64,000 nt of DNA from the human T2T-CHM13v2.0 reference genome, Homo sapiens: the NCBI RefSeq assembly GCF_009914755.1, contig NC_060937.1; one strand, 5' to 3'. A program made the translations under genes and the position numbers. Below the pieces are notes generated by a model. It did not search any database. It had not been told where the DNA came from and saw only the letters and a program-made list of their open reading frames with translations. Positions 41,749 through 56,800 of this stretch are shown here, one piece after another; position 1 is the first letter of the stretch, and every line of letters begins with the position of its first letter.

Positions 41749-43189
41749 GGCAGTCTAGATGAAGAATTGGACTAATACCCTCAATGTCTCACCTTGTCTA
41801 TGTATCATCTGTGTTCATTACACGGACCAGCCCATAGCAGCATAGGCAAACTGCTATCTATGGGGTAAGATCTGAGAATTTCCTAACCTCCAAAATTTCA
41901 TCCATTATCTACTTGAAATAAAATCATTAGAGTTGCTGCTCCTTCCAATCACTCATTTGAATTCAAATATTCTCTGGAAGGTAACAGCCTGAAGTCACTA
42001 TTAGTTAACTCCACTATTAGTTAACTCCCAGCTAGGATTACAAGACAGATAGCTCTGTGGGATCACAAAACTGAGTGGGTGTTTCCATACCCCATGTGCT
42101 GGTACCTGGAGCTGGGTCACCAGAACTAGAGTGGGAGGGATCTTTAAGTAGAGCAGAGAGGATGCAAAGCTAATTTTGCCTTTGCCACTATGTTCAGGAG
42201 CTCCCAACTTGGCCCTGCTAGAGCTGCTTTGACAGGTATCATAAATGCCTCCTATGGTTTACAGAAAATCTCTAATTTTTATTTGGTTTAGCTAATGCTG
42301 TATCCATGCAACAAGAAAACCACCAATTTAAAAAGTGAGAAATTTAGTTAATCAAGAAGTTGTTTTGGCTTCAAGACACCAAAGTAGTTCGGCTGACTTG
42401 TCACGGATTTAACGAAAAGTGCTGGGGTCATGTAGTTGCAATCCAATTAAACATTGTTTCTTTCCACCTTTCCCCTACTGGGGACAGTGGAAGACAACTT
42501 AGCAGTTAGGCTTAAATTGGGAAAATGATGATAGGCATCAAAAAGATTTCAGAAAACTAGGTTTTTCTTCCAACTTCTCAAATTCATACCTTTTCCTTTT
42601 AATTGTGCTATGCCAGCAATTACAGACAAACTCTTAAAAACTAACTTTGCATTCAAATTGACTATTTCAGGAAGGAATTATTGAGCTTGCATTTGCTAGG
42701 TTGATCACGTTTCAGGCAAAAAAAAAAAAAGGGTCCAGTTTGTTTTCAGAATAGCGTTAAAGAATCCTAACTCCAGTCCACTAATTCTGAAAACAAGAGT
42801 AGTTAAAACTATTTGAGATTTCACTTAGATAAAAAGTTACATACAGTTATATTGTGCTTACTAATGGATAAAATAGTAAAAGATGATTAACAGGCATAAT
42901 TATTTGACTGCCATTATAAATCACAACAAATAAAGTGTTCCTATTTCTAGATCTGTGGGAAGAATTTCCAGAATAAAGTGCAAAACATTGAGATGACACT
43001 CAGATCACCAGTAAAAGGTCTAAGAAATCATCAGAGAAAAAGAACCACAAACACAATTGATCCTCAGAATCCTGCTGCTCACCTACCCTTTCTGATTGAA
43101 CTTGCTAAGTCAACTCTCTTAAACTATTCACTAACACACCCATTGCTCTACATACTAAAAAAGAAAATAACTTTTTGAAATAAGGTTTA

Positions 43190-43410
43190 AAAGAGGTATA
43201 ATGTACAACATGGTGACTACAGCCAACAACGATATATTGTATTCTTGAAAAACACTGAGAGATTTTTAAGTGTTCTCACCAAAAAAAAAAATAACTATGT
43301 GAGATAATGCATATACTAATTAGCTTGATTTAGCCATTCCACAATGTAACATATTTCAAAACATCACAATGTACATGACATATACAATTTTATTTGCCGA
43401 TGTAAAAAAT
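43190..43410 (+). mobile_element. L1MA 3' fragment
   Basis: tgtacaacatggtgactac...ttttaagtgttctcacc...ataactatgtgagataatg...tagccattccacaatg. Confidence 0.7.
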
Positions 43411-44509
43411 AATACAGACACCCTAAACTCCTTTAAAAAATAAAGTTTTTTCCCTCTGGCCAACAGTTGCCTAACCATTCTCCCCCATCCCATCAAACTG
43501 TTGGGAATGTGTTTATTGTTTTTAATAGCTAACATTTATTGAGTATTTACTGTATATCTGGGAAAAATGCTAAGTATTTTGCATGTAGTATTCCAAAGGG
43601 AAAGGGTCTTTTATAATCAATATATAATGCCTCACAGTACATTATAGTGGCTATGAAATAAGTTTATGGGGAGTAAAAGAGAATAAAGAGATAATGGCTC
43701 ATAAATGTTTTTCCTAAACTCTCTTTAAACCACAATGTATCAATCTTTTTACTACTCCAGATTGAAATTTAAGGGAAAAAAATGTTTAAATATGTTAAAC
43801 ACATAATAATTCTGGGAGCTTACATATGAAATTTTCATGTTTCAAAAACTCCCAATACAGTTGTAGGAGGTGAGATTCCACATTAAAATATATCAATTGA
43901 CAGAACAGCTTTGAATATTGGAAGCATTTATGTTACAGACTGGCAGTAAGAGTTGGCTGACTGACTGGCTGATCCTTCGAGTTCTCATCTTAGAGTTCCA
44001 GAAGGTTTCTACGAAGTTTCTTACACTGGGAAACTTTTAAGATTTCAAAACAGGGTTTGTTTTCTCATCATTTTCCCTGACAAACTTTTAACATTCTGTT
44101 TCCAAATAGACGAACAAATCATTTCACAAATGGCAAGTGGTGAAGCTGTACTTACTGGAAAGATAAAGATGAAACAAACCTGCCAACACAAAACATCAAA
44201 TTTCGTAAGGGTTCAGATAAAATAAAATTGCTATTGATTGGACTTGACGCACATATATGTCAGCAGCCTTAAAGCTCTGTTCCATGAAGCATTTAAATGA
44301 CTGCAACTAAAATTATTTCAAATGAGTCAGAAAACAAGTTGTTCCAAATAAGCAAAAGTCTATCTTCTTAATAACACACTAAATTTTGTCCTTGTACCTC
44401 TATTTTTATATTGAGGCCCCTCTTGATTTTTCTCTTTTATGCAACTTCGTTTTTACTGTGCATTTCCATATTTTACCCCATTATAAGTGTCTGTAATTCT
44501 GTAGATCAC

Positions 44510-44850
44510 TGTGGTAGTTTTTATTTTTATTCCTAATTATTTGCTGATCCTTCCAGTGGGATGATTTTGCTTTCTGCTCCATTGATGTCAGGCCTGGCCA
44601 TGTGGGTTGCTTTGGTCCGGAAAATGGGATGAAAATCGTGGCACCATTTCCAAGCTTAAGCTTTGAAAGTGACCACGTGACCTCCATGTCTTTCACCTCT
44701 GCCAAGAACACAGTCACGTCCCAGGTAGGCACCTCTTTGGCCTGAAGCATGGAGGAGAGGCACAAGTAAGATGAACGAGAAACAAATCCACATTGTTGTA
44801 AGCCTCTGAGGTCTGGAATTCACCCAGTATTCCTTAGACTATTGTTGACT
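44510..44850 (+). mobile_element. MLT1 (I/J-like) LTR
   Basis: cattgatgtcaggcctggccatgtg...ttgctttgg; ttgttgtaagcctctgagg...ttgactaa. Confidence 0.6.
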
Positions 44851-44854
44851 AAGG

Positions 44855-46925
<2,071 letters not shown>

Positions 46926-46999
46926 AGATGTCAAAGCAACTGGGAAGATTATATGTAATTCACAATTCTTGAAAAATAAGACATTTTATTCTCTACTAT

Positions 47000-47631
47000 G
47001 TGCATGAATTTTCTATTACTGTATAACAAACATCAGCAGAAGAAAATATACATTTATTACTTCACAGTTTCCATGGGTCTAAGTACACACAATCCCAGCA
47101 CATCTTCACTGGGTCTTCAGCTCAGGGTCACACATGGCTGCCTCAAGATGTCAGCTGGTGCTGCAATCTGAGGCTGAGCTCCTCTTCCAAGCTCACTGGT
47201 TACTGACAGGATCCAAGTCTTAGGATTGTAGGACTGAGGATCTCTCTCTCCTAGAGGCTGCACATGTTCCCTGCCGTATGACCCTCTCCACAATGTGGCA
47301 GTTTGTTTCCTTAAAGCCAGCAGGAAGACATCTCTGCTTCTTTTCTCTCTACCTCTAGACCCTCGTCTAAAAGGCTCAACTGATTAGGTCAGGCCTACCA
47401 AAGTAATTTCCCTTTTGGTTAACCTAAAGTGAACTAATTAGGGGGTTTAATTACATCTGTAAAATTCCTTTACCTTTGCTATATAAGGTAACATAATCCA
47501 AAAAGTAATATTCCATCATTTTTGCTATGGTCTACTGATTAGACACAAGCTACAGGATCTACCCATAGTCAAGAAAAAGAGTTTTACAAGGGGTGAGTCA
47601 TTGGGCATCATCTTAGAATTCTGCCTACCAC
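47000..47631 (-). mobile_element. MLT1E-like MaLR LTR
   Basis: tgattaggtcaggcctacc...taattacatctgtaaaattcc...tcttagaattctgcctaccaca. Confidence 0.75.
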
Positions 47632-49379
47632 ACTATTTAAGCCAAAAATAACATTAAAATTATCAATATAACAAACAGAGAGTGTTTTCTTCAAGTTTAG
47701 AGTATAAAATTTAAAGGACGGCCCCTAGAGCACTCATTATTTAGTGACTTAGAAGAATTATAAGGGAAATTAGTTTACAACATAGATTTTCCTAGCCCCA
47801 ACCCTAGAGATTCTAATTCAGCTGGCAAAGAGTTGACCAGGAATCAGCATTTTAAATAACTTCTCCCTGATGATTCTGATATAAGCTCTGACCACACATT
47901 GAAAACCCCTAAATAGGGCTTCCATAATTAAAGAATGACTTCAATTTTCCTATGGCTCTGCAGTTTGGGCCAAAGAATTCCTCCAAATGGGCTTCTTAGT
48001 CCCTTTGTTTTATAAAAGCTATATTTCACAGGCTCCACCTCTCTGCTTAGCACCTAACATATTGAGAAACCTTTATATAGGCTCAGGAAGTACCCTTCTG
48101 TGTAGATAGAGTCCTTCTTGTAAGAGTAAGCAGACATCCTTCTCTCTGCTGTAAACCAAATTTTAAAATAGCATAGAGTGGATAGAAACCTGGTTTCTTC
48201 TCCAACTGGAGTTTCTACCATTCTTCAGAAAAGAATGGGAAAGGACAAAAGTCTAATTCTAAAGCAGGCCAGGAAACTCCCTTAAGCAGTGACCACTTCA
48301 TTTATATGTTCCCTACTAAGGCTCTTGCTGGTTTCTGAAGATAGGACCTCCTTGGGCACTCTTTGGTCAAAATAGGGTGGGAAAGCAGTGGTGGCCCCAA
48401 TGATGTGCCTCTCTATTTTCCAGATAGACACTACCTAACTTATGAGACACAACAAAAGTTCAAGGTGGTATGTAACTTGGGTTAGATTGAATTGTAAGAC
48501 CTTCAAATGCCAGAGTGTTTCAGAGAAGAAAAACACTGGGAAAAGTTTAGAAGTTACTGAGGGACATCAGGACATCAGTAGACATCATCAGCATCAGTTA
48601 CAGATACCCAAAGAGTAATAAGGTGCCATAAAGACAAGTAAGAGGGAAGAAACCCACAGCACTTGATTCACTCAACTAATAGCTATTGAGTGCTTATAAT
48701 GTATTGCATCATGCTCTAAGCATTATCATGGCCCCTCTACACTTTGCACTAAAGAGAAGAGGTTTGCTTTCTCACTGCCTGGTTTTGCCACTTCTTGAAA
48801 AGCTTATAAAACATACCATACTCCTCTCAGCATAGGATCACCTGTGATCAAAAGAAAGAAGGGTGCTTTGACAACTGTTCCTTACTCCCTCTTAACCCAA
48901 GGATACCAAACCAGAACAATTACAGCTCCCCCTTGCAACTTGACCTTGACGTCTAAGGAAAATTCTCAAAGATAGAAAAAGAGGGAGATCAGTGTGGCTC
49001 TTAGGAAGTAGGGAATAATGCATGTGGCTCAGTCCCCAGGTAGGTAACCCACAGAGAATAGGTAAAATAAAGGAACCAAGATTTGCAGCCTCATAAGATG
49101 GTGGAGGTTGAAACATGCACTGTTCTACTTTCTCCACATGTTAAACTGGCAGTTCACACTGGCTGACCAAGTAAAATATTTGAGTAGGAGAAATGTGACT
49201 GTGTCAACCCAACCTTCTAGATCGTATCTACATTCTTTCCCTGCCATAACCCTTCCTGTGTGTCCATGTTATCCTTCCTGGATTCCACGTACTGTATCCT
49301 TGAGTTCTCTTCCTATTAAAAAAAAGTTCTCAGGAAAGAATCAGAAAAAGCCATTCATATGACCTTAAAAAACAGGTTG

Positions 49380-49602
49380 ATTTTTTTAATCTTTATTTTT
49401 ATTGTAGTTTAACAAATTATAGTTGTATATATTTATGGAGTACAATGTGATGCTATGATTTATGAATACAGTGAGAAATAATTAAATCAACCTAATTAAC
49501 ATAGTCATGACCTCAAGTACTTGTCATGTTTTGTGGTGAGAACACTTGAAACTTACTCTCAGTGATTTAGAAATGTGCAATGGATTATTATTTACTATAT
49601 TT
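49380..49602 (-). mobile_element. L1MA 3' end fragment
   Basis: aaattatagttgtatatatttatggagtacaatgtgatg...ttgtggtgagaacacttgaaacttactctc. Confidence 0.75.
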
Positions 49603-49679
49603 GAAAATTTTAGTGGTGAAAGTTACCTAATCAGTTGTCACTACTGTATCTAGAAACCAATCTTGAAAATGTGTGATGG

Positions 49680-50938
49680 CTTTTTTGGCGCCATCTACTC
49701 ATGGAGCCACCGCTGCAACCCTGAGTCACTGCCTGCGCAGCTCTGGCCGCCTGGCTCCCCATACTAGCTGCCAATATTTGGAGTTCTTACAACATGGCAG
49801 ACATTGACAACAAAGAACAGTCTGAACTTGATCAAGATTTGGATGACGCTGAAAAAGTAGAAGAAGGAACTGGTGAAGAAACAAAAATCAAAGCACATCA
49901 GCTAACTGTTCAGATGATGCAAAATCCTCAGATTCTTGCAGCCCTTCAAGAAAGACTTGATGGTCTAATAGAAACACCAACAGGATACATTGAAAGCCTG
50001 CCTAGGGTAGTTAAAAAACAAGTGAATGCTCTCAAACACCTGTAAGTTAAATGTGCACAGATAGAAGCCAAATTCAATGAGGAAGTTCACAATTTTGAAA
50101 GGAAGTATGCTGTTCTCTGTCAGCCTCTATTTGATAAGCAATTTGAGATTATTAATGCAATTATGAACCTACAGAAGAAGAATGGAAACCAGATGAAGAA
50201 GATGAGATCTCAGAGGAGTTGAAAGAAAAGGCCATGATTGAAGATGAGAAAAAAGATGAAGAAAAAGAAGATTCCAAAGGAATTCCTGAATTTCGGTTAA
50301 CTGTTTTTAAGAATGTTGACTTGCTCAGTGATATGCTTCAGGAGCATGATGAACCTATTCTGAAACACTTGAAAGATATTAAAGTGAAGTTCTCAGATGC
50401 TTGCCAGCCCATGAGTTTTGTCTTAGAATTTCACTTTGAAGACAATGAATATTTTACAAATGAAGTGCTGACAAAGACGTATAGCATGAGGTCAGAACCA
50501 GATGATTCTGATCCCTTTTATTTTGATGGACCAGAAATTATGGGTTTTACAGGGTGCCAGATAGATTGGAAAAAAGGAAAGAATGTCACTTTGAAAACCA
50601 TTAAGAAGAAGCAGAAACACAAGGGACGTGGGACAGTTAGTACTGTGACTAAAACAGTTTCCAATGACTCTTTCTTTAAATTTTTTGCCCCTCCTGAAGT
50701 TTCTGAGAGCAGAGATCGGGATGATGATGCTAAAACAATCCTTGCTGCAGACTTCGAAACTGGTCACTTTTTACCTGAACGTATAATCTCAGGATCAGTG
50801 TTACACTTTACTGGAGAAGCTATTGAAGATGGATGATGATGATTATGATGAAGAAGGTGAAGAAGCAGATGAGGAAGGAGAACAAGAAGGAGATGAGGAA
50901 AATGATCCAGACTATGACCCAAAGAAGGATTAAAATCC
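49680..50938 (+). pseudogene. NAP1L1: Processed pseudogene of NAP1L1 (nucleosome assembly protein 1-like 1)
   Basis: Intronless; 5' UTR plus MADIDNKEQSELDQDLDD...ALQERLDGL...KGIPEF...IDWKKGKNVT...SFF..F. Stop at 50043, frameshifts near 50160 and 50830. Symbol is that of the parent gene. Confidence 0.96.
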
Positions 50939-51201
50939 TTCCTCCCAAAAATGCATACCCTGGCCTAATTGCAAAGAAAACAATTTCCAATTAAGGAATA
51001 TTATACAAAATGTGTAATCAATACTCAAGGTTTTCAAGTCATTAATGACAAGGAAAGTCAGAAACTGTCCACCAAACAAAGTATAAGAAGATATGGCATC
51101 TAAATGTAATGTAGTGTTCTGGGTGGGATGCTAGAACAAAAGAAGAACATTAGGTAAAAACTAAGGATATCTGAATGAAGTATGGATTTTAGTTAATAAT
51201 A

Positions 51202-51560
51202 CAGGCATATTTCTTTTTATTGCACTTTGCTTTATTGCAGTTTGCAGACACTATAGTTTTTATGAAATGAAGGTCTGTGGCAACCCTACATCAAGCAAAT
51301 TTATTGATATCATTTTTCCAACAGCATATGCTCACTTCATATCTCTGTGTCAGCATTTTATAGTCATGAAGTATTTTTTAACTAAGGTATGCACATTGCA
51401 TGTACATAATACCATTGCACACTTAATAGACTACAGTATAGTGAAAACATAACTTTTATATTCACTGGGAACCAAAAAAATGTGTAACTCACTTTATTGT
51501 GATATTCACTTTATTGTGGTAGTCCGAAACCAAACTTGTAATATCTCTGTGGTATGCCTA
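51202..51560 (+). mobile_element. Internally deleted Tigger1
   Basis: TIRs caggcata.../...ggtatgccta with TA duplications; ttgcactttgctttattgc and cacttaatagactacagtatagtg. Confidence 0.85.
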
Positions 51561-51640
51561 TATTAATGTTGGCTCATTAATTATAACAAACATACCATAC
51601 TAATGTAAGATATTTATAAGAGGAAAAACTGGATGTGGGG

Positions 51641-52098
51641 CATGAGAAACACATTTAACAATCCAAACTGTGTCTCTGGACTCAGAGACACAAAGAACAG
51701 TGGAAGCAAGTCTTTTAATGGTGATCTTGGAAGATCAGGTGTCTGGTAGGCAGGCACATCTGAAGCAGTTACAGCAGGTAATTTATCTCCTAGCATGCAA
51801 GTCTCTCCCCCAGGTCCTCATTGGTAGAGTGCTATGGGATTAAAATCTTCCTGGATGTCACCTAGGTTTCATTATCCCCCTTATAAGATTATACCCCAGT
51901 CCCTTTCCCTGCTTAAGTTTTGATTTCCCAATAATGAAACTTTTTTCCCTTTTATGGGCTAACCCACCTCTACATTCTGTCCACTTATTGTGACTTTCTA
52001 GGTGCATGAGCCGTGTGGTTTGTCACATCCACAGGCTGGTTGCCAGTACATAAGATTTATCATGCCTTGAAAATGGACCATTTAAATGTTTTCTCACA
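51641..52098 (-). mobile_element. Solo LTR (LTR32-like, ERVL)
   Basis: Minus strand starts tgtgagaaaacatttaaatggtccattttcaaggcatgataaatc; inverted tgagaa/ttctca ends; G-run target duplication. Subfamily name from memory. Confidence 0.6.
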
Positions 52099-52199
52099 GG
52101 GGTATGTGGAAACTCTCCACACAATTTCACAATTTTTCTGCAAATCTAAAGCTATTCTAAAATTTAAAAGTTTCTTAAATGCAGTATCCAGCACACCAT

Positions 52200-52900
52200 A
52201 AAAAAGTATGAGATGTGAAAAAAGTAACATATGACTGATAAACAGAAAGTTAAGAAACAGTCAATGAAAGGAAACCAACAGATTAAAAAGTTATTGGAAT
52301 TAGAATAAAATGACTTTAAATTGACTCTTATAGACTAAATTAACCTGTAAGTAGGTTAAATAAATGGGAGTAAAAGATGAACAAAACGAACAAAAATATG
52401 GAGAACTTCAAAAGAGAAGTGAAATCCCTAAAAACTAATTCACGTATATCCTAAGATTGAAAAACATAGTATCTGAAATTAAGAATAAATTGGAAAGGCT
52501 TAATAGCAAATTGAACATCAAAGGAAAGGGTGCATGAATTTGAATACTGTCAATTAAATTATTCATACTGGAGAATGGAGAGAGAAGAATGTGGGGGGAA
52601 AACACAATGTGAGAGGCACATGGGATAATACCAAGCTTTCTAACATACATGTAATTGGAGTACATTTATTGACTTGCATATGTTGAACCAACCTTTTCAG
52701 ACATAATGGCCAAGAACTTTCCAAAACTAATTTTAAAAAACCAAACCACAGAGGGTGCAGCAAGATGGAGGAATAGAAGCCACACCATTCATCTCCCCAC
52801 TGCTGGAACTCCAAATTTTAACAACTATCTGCACACGGGAAAGCACCATCACAAGAACCAAAAATCAGGTGAGCAATCACAGTACCTGGATTTAACTTCA
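52200..52900 (+). mobile_element. Old L1M ORF1-region fragment plus an L1M 5'-end fragment (~52750-52900)
   Basis: aacatacatgtaattggag, ataatggccaagaactttccaaa; caagatggaggaatagaag. Confidence 0.55.
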
Positions 52901-52902
52901 TA

Positions 52903-53440
52903 TTTTGGGTTTTTGTTGTTTTTTTTTTTTTTGTAGCAGTTGTTAGCATTTAACAAACCTCCATCCATGTGGTTTCATACCACCAGGACTCAAGCCCCAC
53001 CTCCAACACCCTTAATCCTCTCCTCAGCTCTTCTGCTGAAGAATTTGGCCTTCATGATGACAGGTTGCTTTGGTAGATTTCCGTTTCCCAGAACTCCAGA
53101 ACTTTGTAGTAGCCTGATCACACCACATCAATGGTGGGAGCAGCTCCAGTTTTGTCTTTAGCAGCATTCACCTGTGTCTGTACACTGACCAAAGTCCACA
53201 ATTTATCAGGGTTGGCATTTGAGCAGGAGCTCTGGTTCCTCTTTAAGTGGTAACCCTTATACCAACTTTCCCAAAGGAACCTAGGTGAGGTTTGTCAAAG
53301 TTGATCCTGTGGTGATGCTTGCCACCAGTATTACTCCTGCCTCCGGAGTGCTTTTGGTGCTTGCTGATGAGGCTGTGGCTGTGGCTTACATGGCCCAGAA
53401 GTTTCTGGGTCTTCCTCAGCCTGAATGGTATGTCAGAAAC
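52903..53440 (-). pseudogene. RPL27A: Processed pseudogene of RPL27A
   Basis: Translates to (M>I)[16 protein letters not shown]...HHHRINFDK...GYYKVL...[11 protein letters not shown]; start ATG>ATA at 53431-53429; stop 52977-52975; poly-A remnant 52903-52932; 8-bp duplication frameshift ~53088. Symbol is that of the parent gene. Confidence 0.95.
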
Positions 53441-53856
53441 TCTTGGGTTATAGCCTACATTCTTGATTTTTTCCAACCAACAGCATAGCCTGGAGGACAT
53501 TGGGCTGTCATGTTGGGTTGTCATGGATGGCACCTTATATTCTAGTTGGGCACATGCTGCAATGTGAAACAGTTGCATGGTCTTACCATTTCTCACTATT
53601 CTGATGTTTTGTCACTGCTCACATTCATTTCTGAAGAATTCTTGGTTTTAACAGAACTCTGTCTCATTATATCTTCACATTGATATGAAAATAAATCAAG
53701 GACAAATATAGTCTCATGACATTAAGTCATAGTTCTTAATTGTGGATATGTGTTCATCAGACTTAGCAGAGGGGTTTTAAATATGCATAAACAGACTTGA
53801 AATAAAATTCTCAGTATGGCCCAGGCACATGCATTTTAAACAAGCTCCATAAATGA

Positions 53857-56800
53857 TTTTTTTTTTCCTTCAACTTTTAAGTTTCGGCGTACATGTGCAG
53901 GATGTGCAGGCTTTTTACATAGGTAAATGTGTATCATGGTGGTTTGCTGCACAGATCAACCCATCACCTAGGTATTAAGCCCAGCGTTCCTCAGCTATTC
54001 TTCGTGATGCTCTCACTCCCCCACCCCCACCCCAAACAGGCCCCAGTGTGTGTTGTCCCCCGTCATGTGTCCATGTGTTCTCATCATTCAGCTCCCACTT
54101 ATAAAAGTGAGAACATGCGGTGTTTGGTTTTCTGTTTGTGTGTTAGTTTGCTAAGGATAACAGCTTCCAGCTCCATCCATGTCCCTGCAAAGGACATTCC
54201 CTGTTATGGCTGCATAGTATTCCATGGTGTATATGTACCACATTTTCTTTATCCAGTCTATCATTGATGGGCATTTGGGTTAATCCCATGTCTTTGCTAT
54301 TGTGAATAGTGCTGCAGTGAACATATGTGTGCATGTATCTTTATAATAGAATGATTTATATTCCTTTGGGTATATACCCAGTAATGGGATTGCTGGGACA
54401 AATTGTATTTCTGCCTCTAGGTCTTTGAGGAATTGCCACACTGTCTTCCACAATGGTTGAACTAATTGACACTCCCACCAACAGTGTAAAATCATTCCTT
54501 TTTCTCTGCATCCTTACCAGCATCTGTTGTTTCTGGACTTTTTAATAATCACCATTCTGACAGGCATGAAATGGTATTTCGTTGTTGTTTTGATTTGCAT
54601 TTGCTTTTTTTCATATGTTTGTTGGCTGCATGAATGTCTTCTTTTGAGACGTGTCTGTTCATGTCCTTTGCCCACTTTTTAATGGGTTTTTTTTTCTTGT
54701 AAATTTGTTTAAGTTCCTTGCAGACTCTGGATATTATACCTCCATCAGATAAATAGATCACAAAAATTTTCTCCCATTCTTTAGGCTGTCTGTTCATTCT
54801 GATTATGGTTTCTTTTGCTGTGTAGAAGTTCTTTAGCTTAATTAGATCCCACTTATCAATTTTTGCTTTTGTTTGCAGTTGCTTTTGGTGTTTTTGTCAT
54901 GAAATCTTCACCCGTGCCTATGTCCTGAATGGTATTGCCTAGATGTTCTTCTAGGGATTTTACAGTTTAGGTTTTACATTTAAATCCTTCTTGGGTTAAT
55001 TTTTGTATAAGTTGTAAGGAAGGGGTCCAGTTTCAATTTTCTGCATATGGCTAGCCAGTTCTCCCAGCACCATTTATCGAATAGGAAATCCTTTCCCCAG
55101 TGCTTGTTTTTGTCAGGTTTGTTAACGATCAGACAATTTTTAAGTGTGTGGTCTTGAGTTCTCTATTCTGTTCCATTGGTTTATGTGTCTGTTTTTGTAC
55201 CAGTATCATGCTATTTTGGTTACTCTAGCCTTGTAGTATAGTTTGATGTTGAGTAGTGTGATGCCTCCAGTTTTGTTCTTTTTGCTTAGGATTGTGTTGA
55301 CTATTTGGGCTCTTTTTGGTTTCATATGGGTTTTAAAATAGTTTCTTCTAATTCTGTGAAGAATGTCAATGGTAGTTTAATGGGGATTGCACTGGATCTA
55401 TAAATTACTTTAGGCAGTATGGCCATTTTCATGATATTGATTCTTCCTATCAATGATCATGGAATGTTTTTCCATTTGTTTGTGTCCTCTCTTATTTCCT
55501 TGAGCAGTGGTTTGTAGTTATCCTTGAAGAGGTCCTTCATTTCCCTTGTTAGCTGTATTCCTAGGTATTTTATTCTTTTTGTAGCAATTATGAATGGGAG
55601 TTCATTCATGATTTGGCTCTCTGCTTGCCTGTTGTTGGTTTATGTGAATGCCAGCAATTTTTGCACATTGATTTTGTATCCTGAGACTTTGCTGAAGTTG
55701 CATATCAGCTTAAGAGGCTTTTGGGCTGAAACAATTGGACTTTCTACGTATGGTATCATGGCATCTGCAAACAAAGATAATTTGACATCCTCTCTCCCTA
55801 TTTGAATATCCTTTATTTCTTTCTCTTACCTTATTGCTTTGGCCAGAACTTCCAAAACTATGTTGAATAGGAGTGCTGAGAGGGCATCCTTGCCTTGTGC
55901 TGGTTTTCAAGGGAAATGCTTCCAGTTTTCACCCATTCCCTATAATATTGACTGTGGGTTTGTCATATAATAGCTCTCATTATTTTGAGGTATGTTCCTT
56001 CAGAACCTAGTTTATTGAGAGTTTTTAACATGAAGGGGTGTTGAATTTTATCAAAGGCCTTTTTTTGCGTCTATGGAGATCATCAAGTGGTTTTTGTCTT
56101 TAGTTCTGTTTATGTGATGAATTACATTTATTGACTTGCATATGTTGAACCAACCTTGCATCCTGGGGATGAATCCAACTTGATCATGGTGGATAAGCTT
56201 TTTGATGTGCTGCTGGATTCAGTTTGCCAATACTTTATTGAGGATTTTCGATCAATGTTCATTGGGGATATTGGTCTGAAGTTTTCTTTTTTTTGTTGTT
56301 GTATCTCTGCCAGGTTTTGTTAAGGATGATGCTGGCCTCATAAAATGAGTTAGGGAGGAGTCCTTCCTTTTCAATTTTTTAGAATAGTTTCAGTGGAAAT
56401 GGTACCAGGTCTTCTTTGTACCTCTGATAGAAGTCAGCTATAAATCTTTCTGGTCCTGGGCTTTTTTTGTTGGTGGTGGTAAGCTATTTATTATTGCCTC
56501 AATTTCAGTACTCGTTATTGGTCTATTCAGGGATTCAATTTCTTCCTGGTTCAGTCTCAGGAGGGCGTATGCATCCAGGAATGTTTTCATTTCTTCTAGA
56601 TTTTCTAGTTTATGTGCATAAAGGTATGTATAGTATTCACTGATGGTTATTTGTATTTCTGTGGGGTCAGTGGTAATATCCCCCTTATCATTTCTGATTG
56701 TGTCTATTTGATTCTTCTCTTTTTTCTTCTTTATTAGTCTAGCTAGCAGTCTATCTATTTTATTTTATCCAAAAAACATCTCCTGGACTTGTTGATTTTT

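Larger units (their letters stand above)
50940..52180 (+). mobile_element. L1MC/MD-like 3' fragment hosting Tigger1 and an LTR
   Basis: taaatgtaatgtagtgttctgggtgggatgctagaac...tctgaatgaagtatgg; ttttctgcaaatctaaagctattctaaaat. Confidence 0.65.

Noticed and set aside
41996-42027. 16-bp perfect tandem duplication cactattagttaactc x2
   Set aside because: Real but a routine slippage event.
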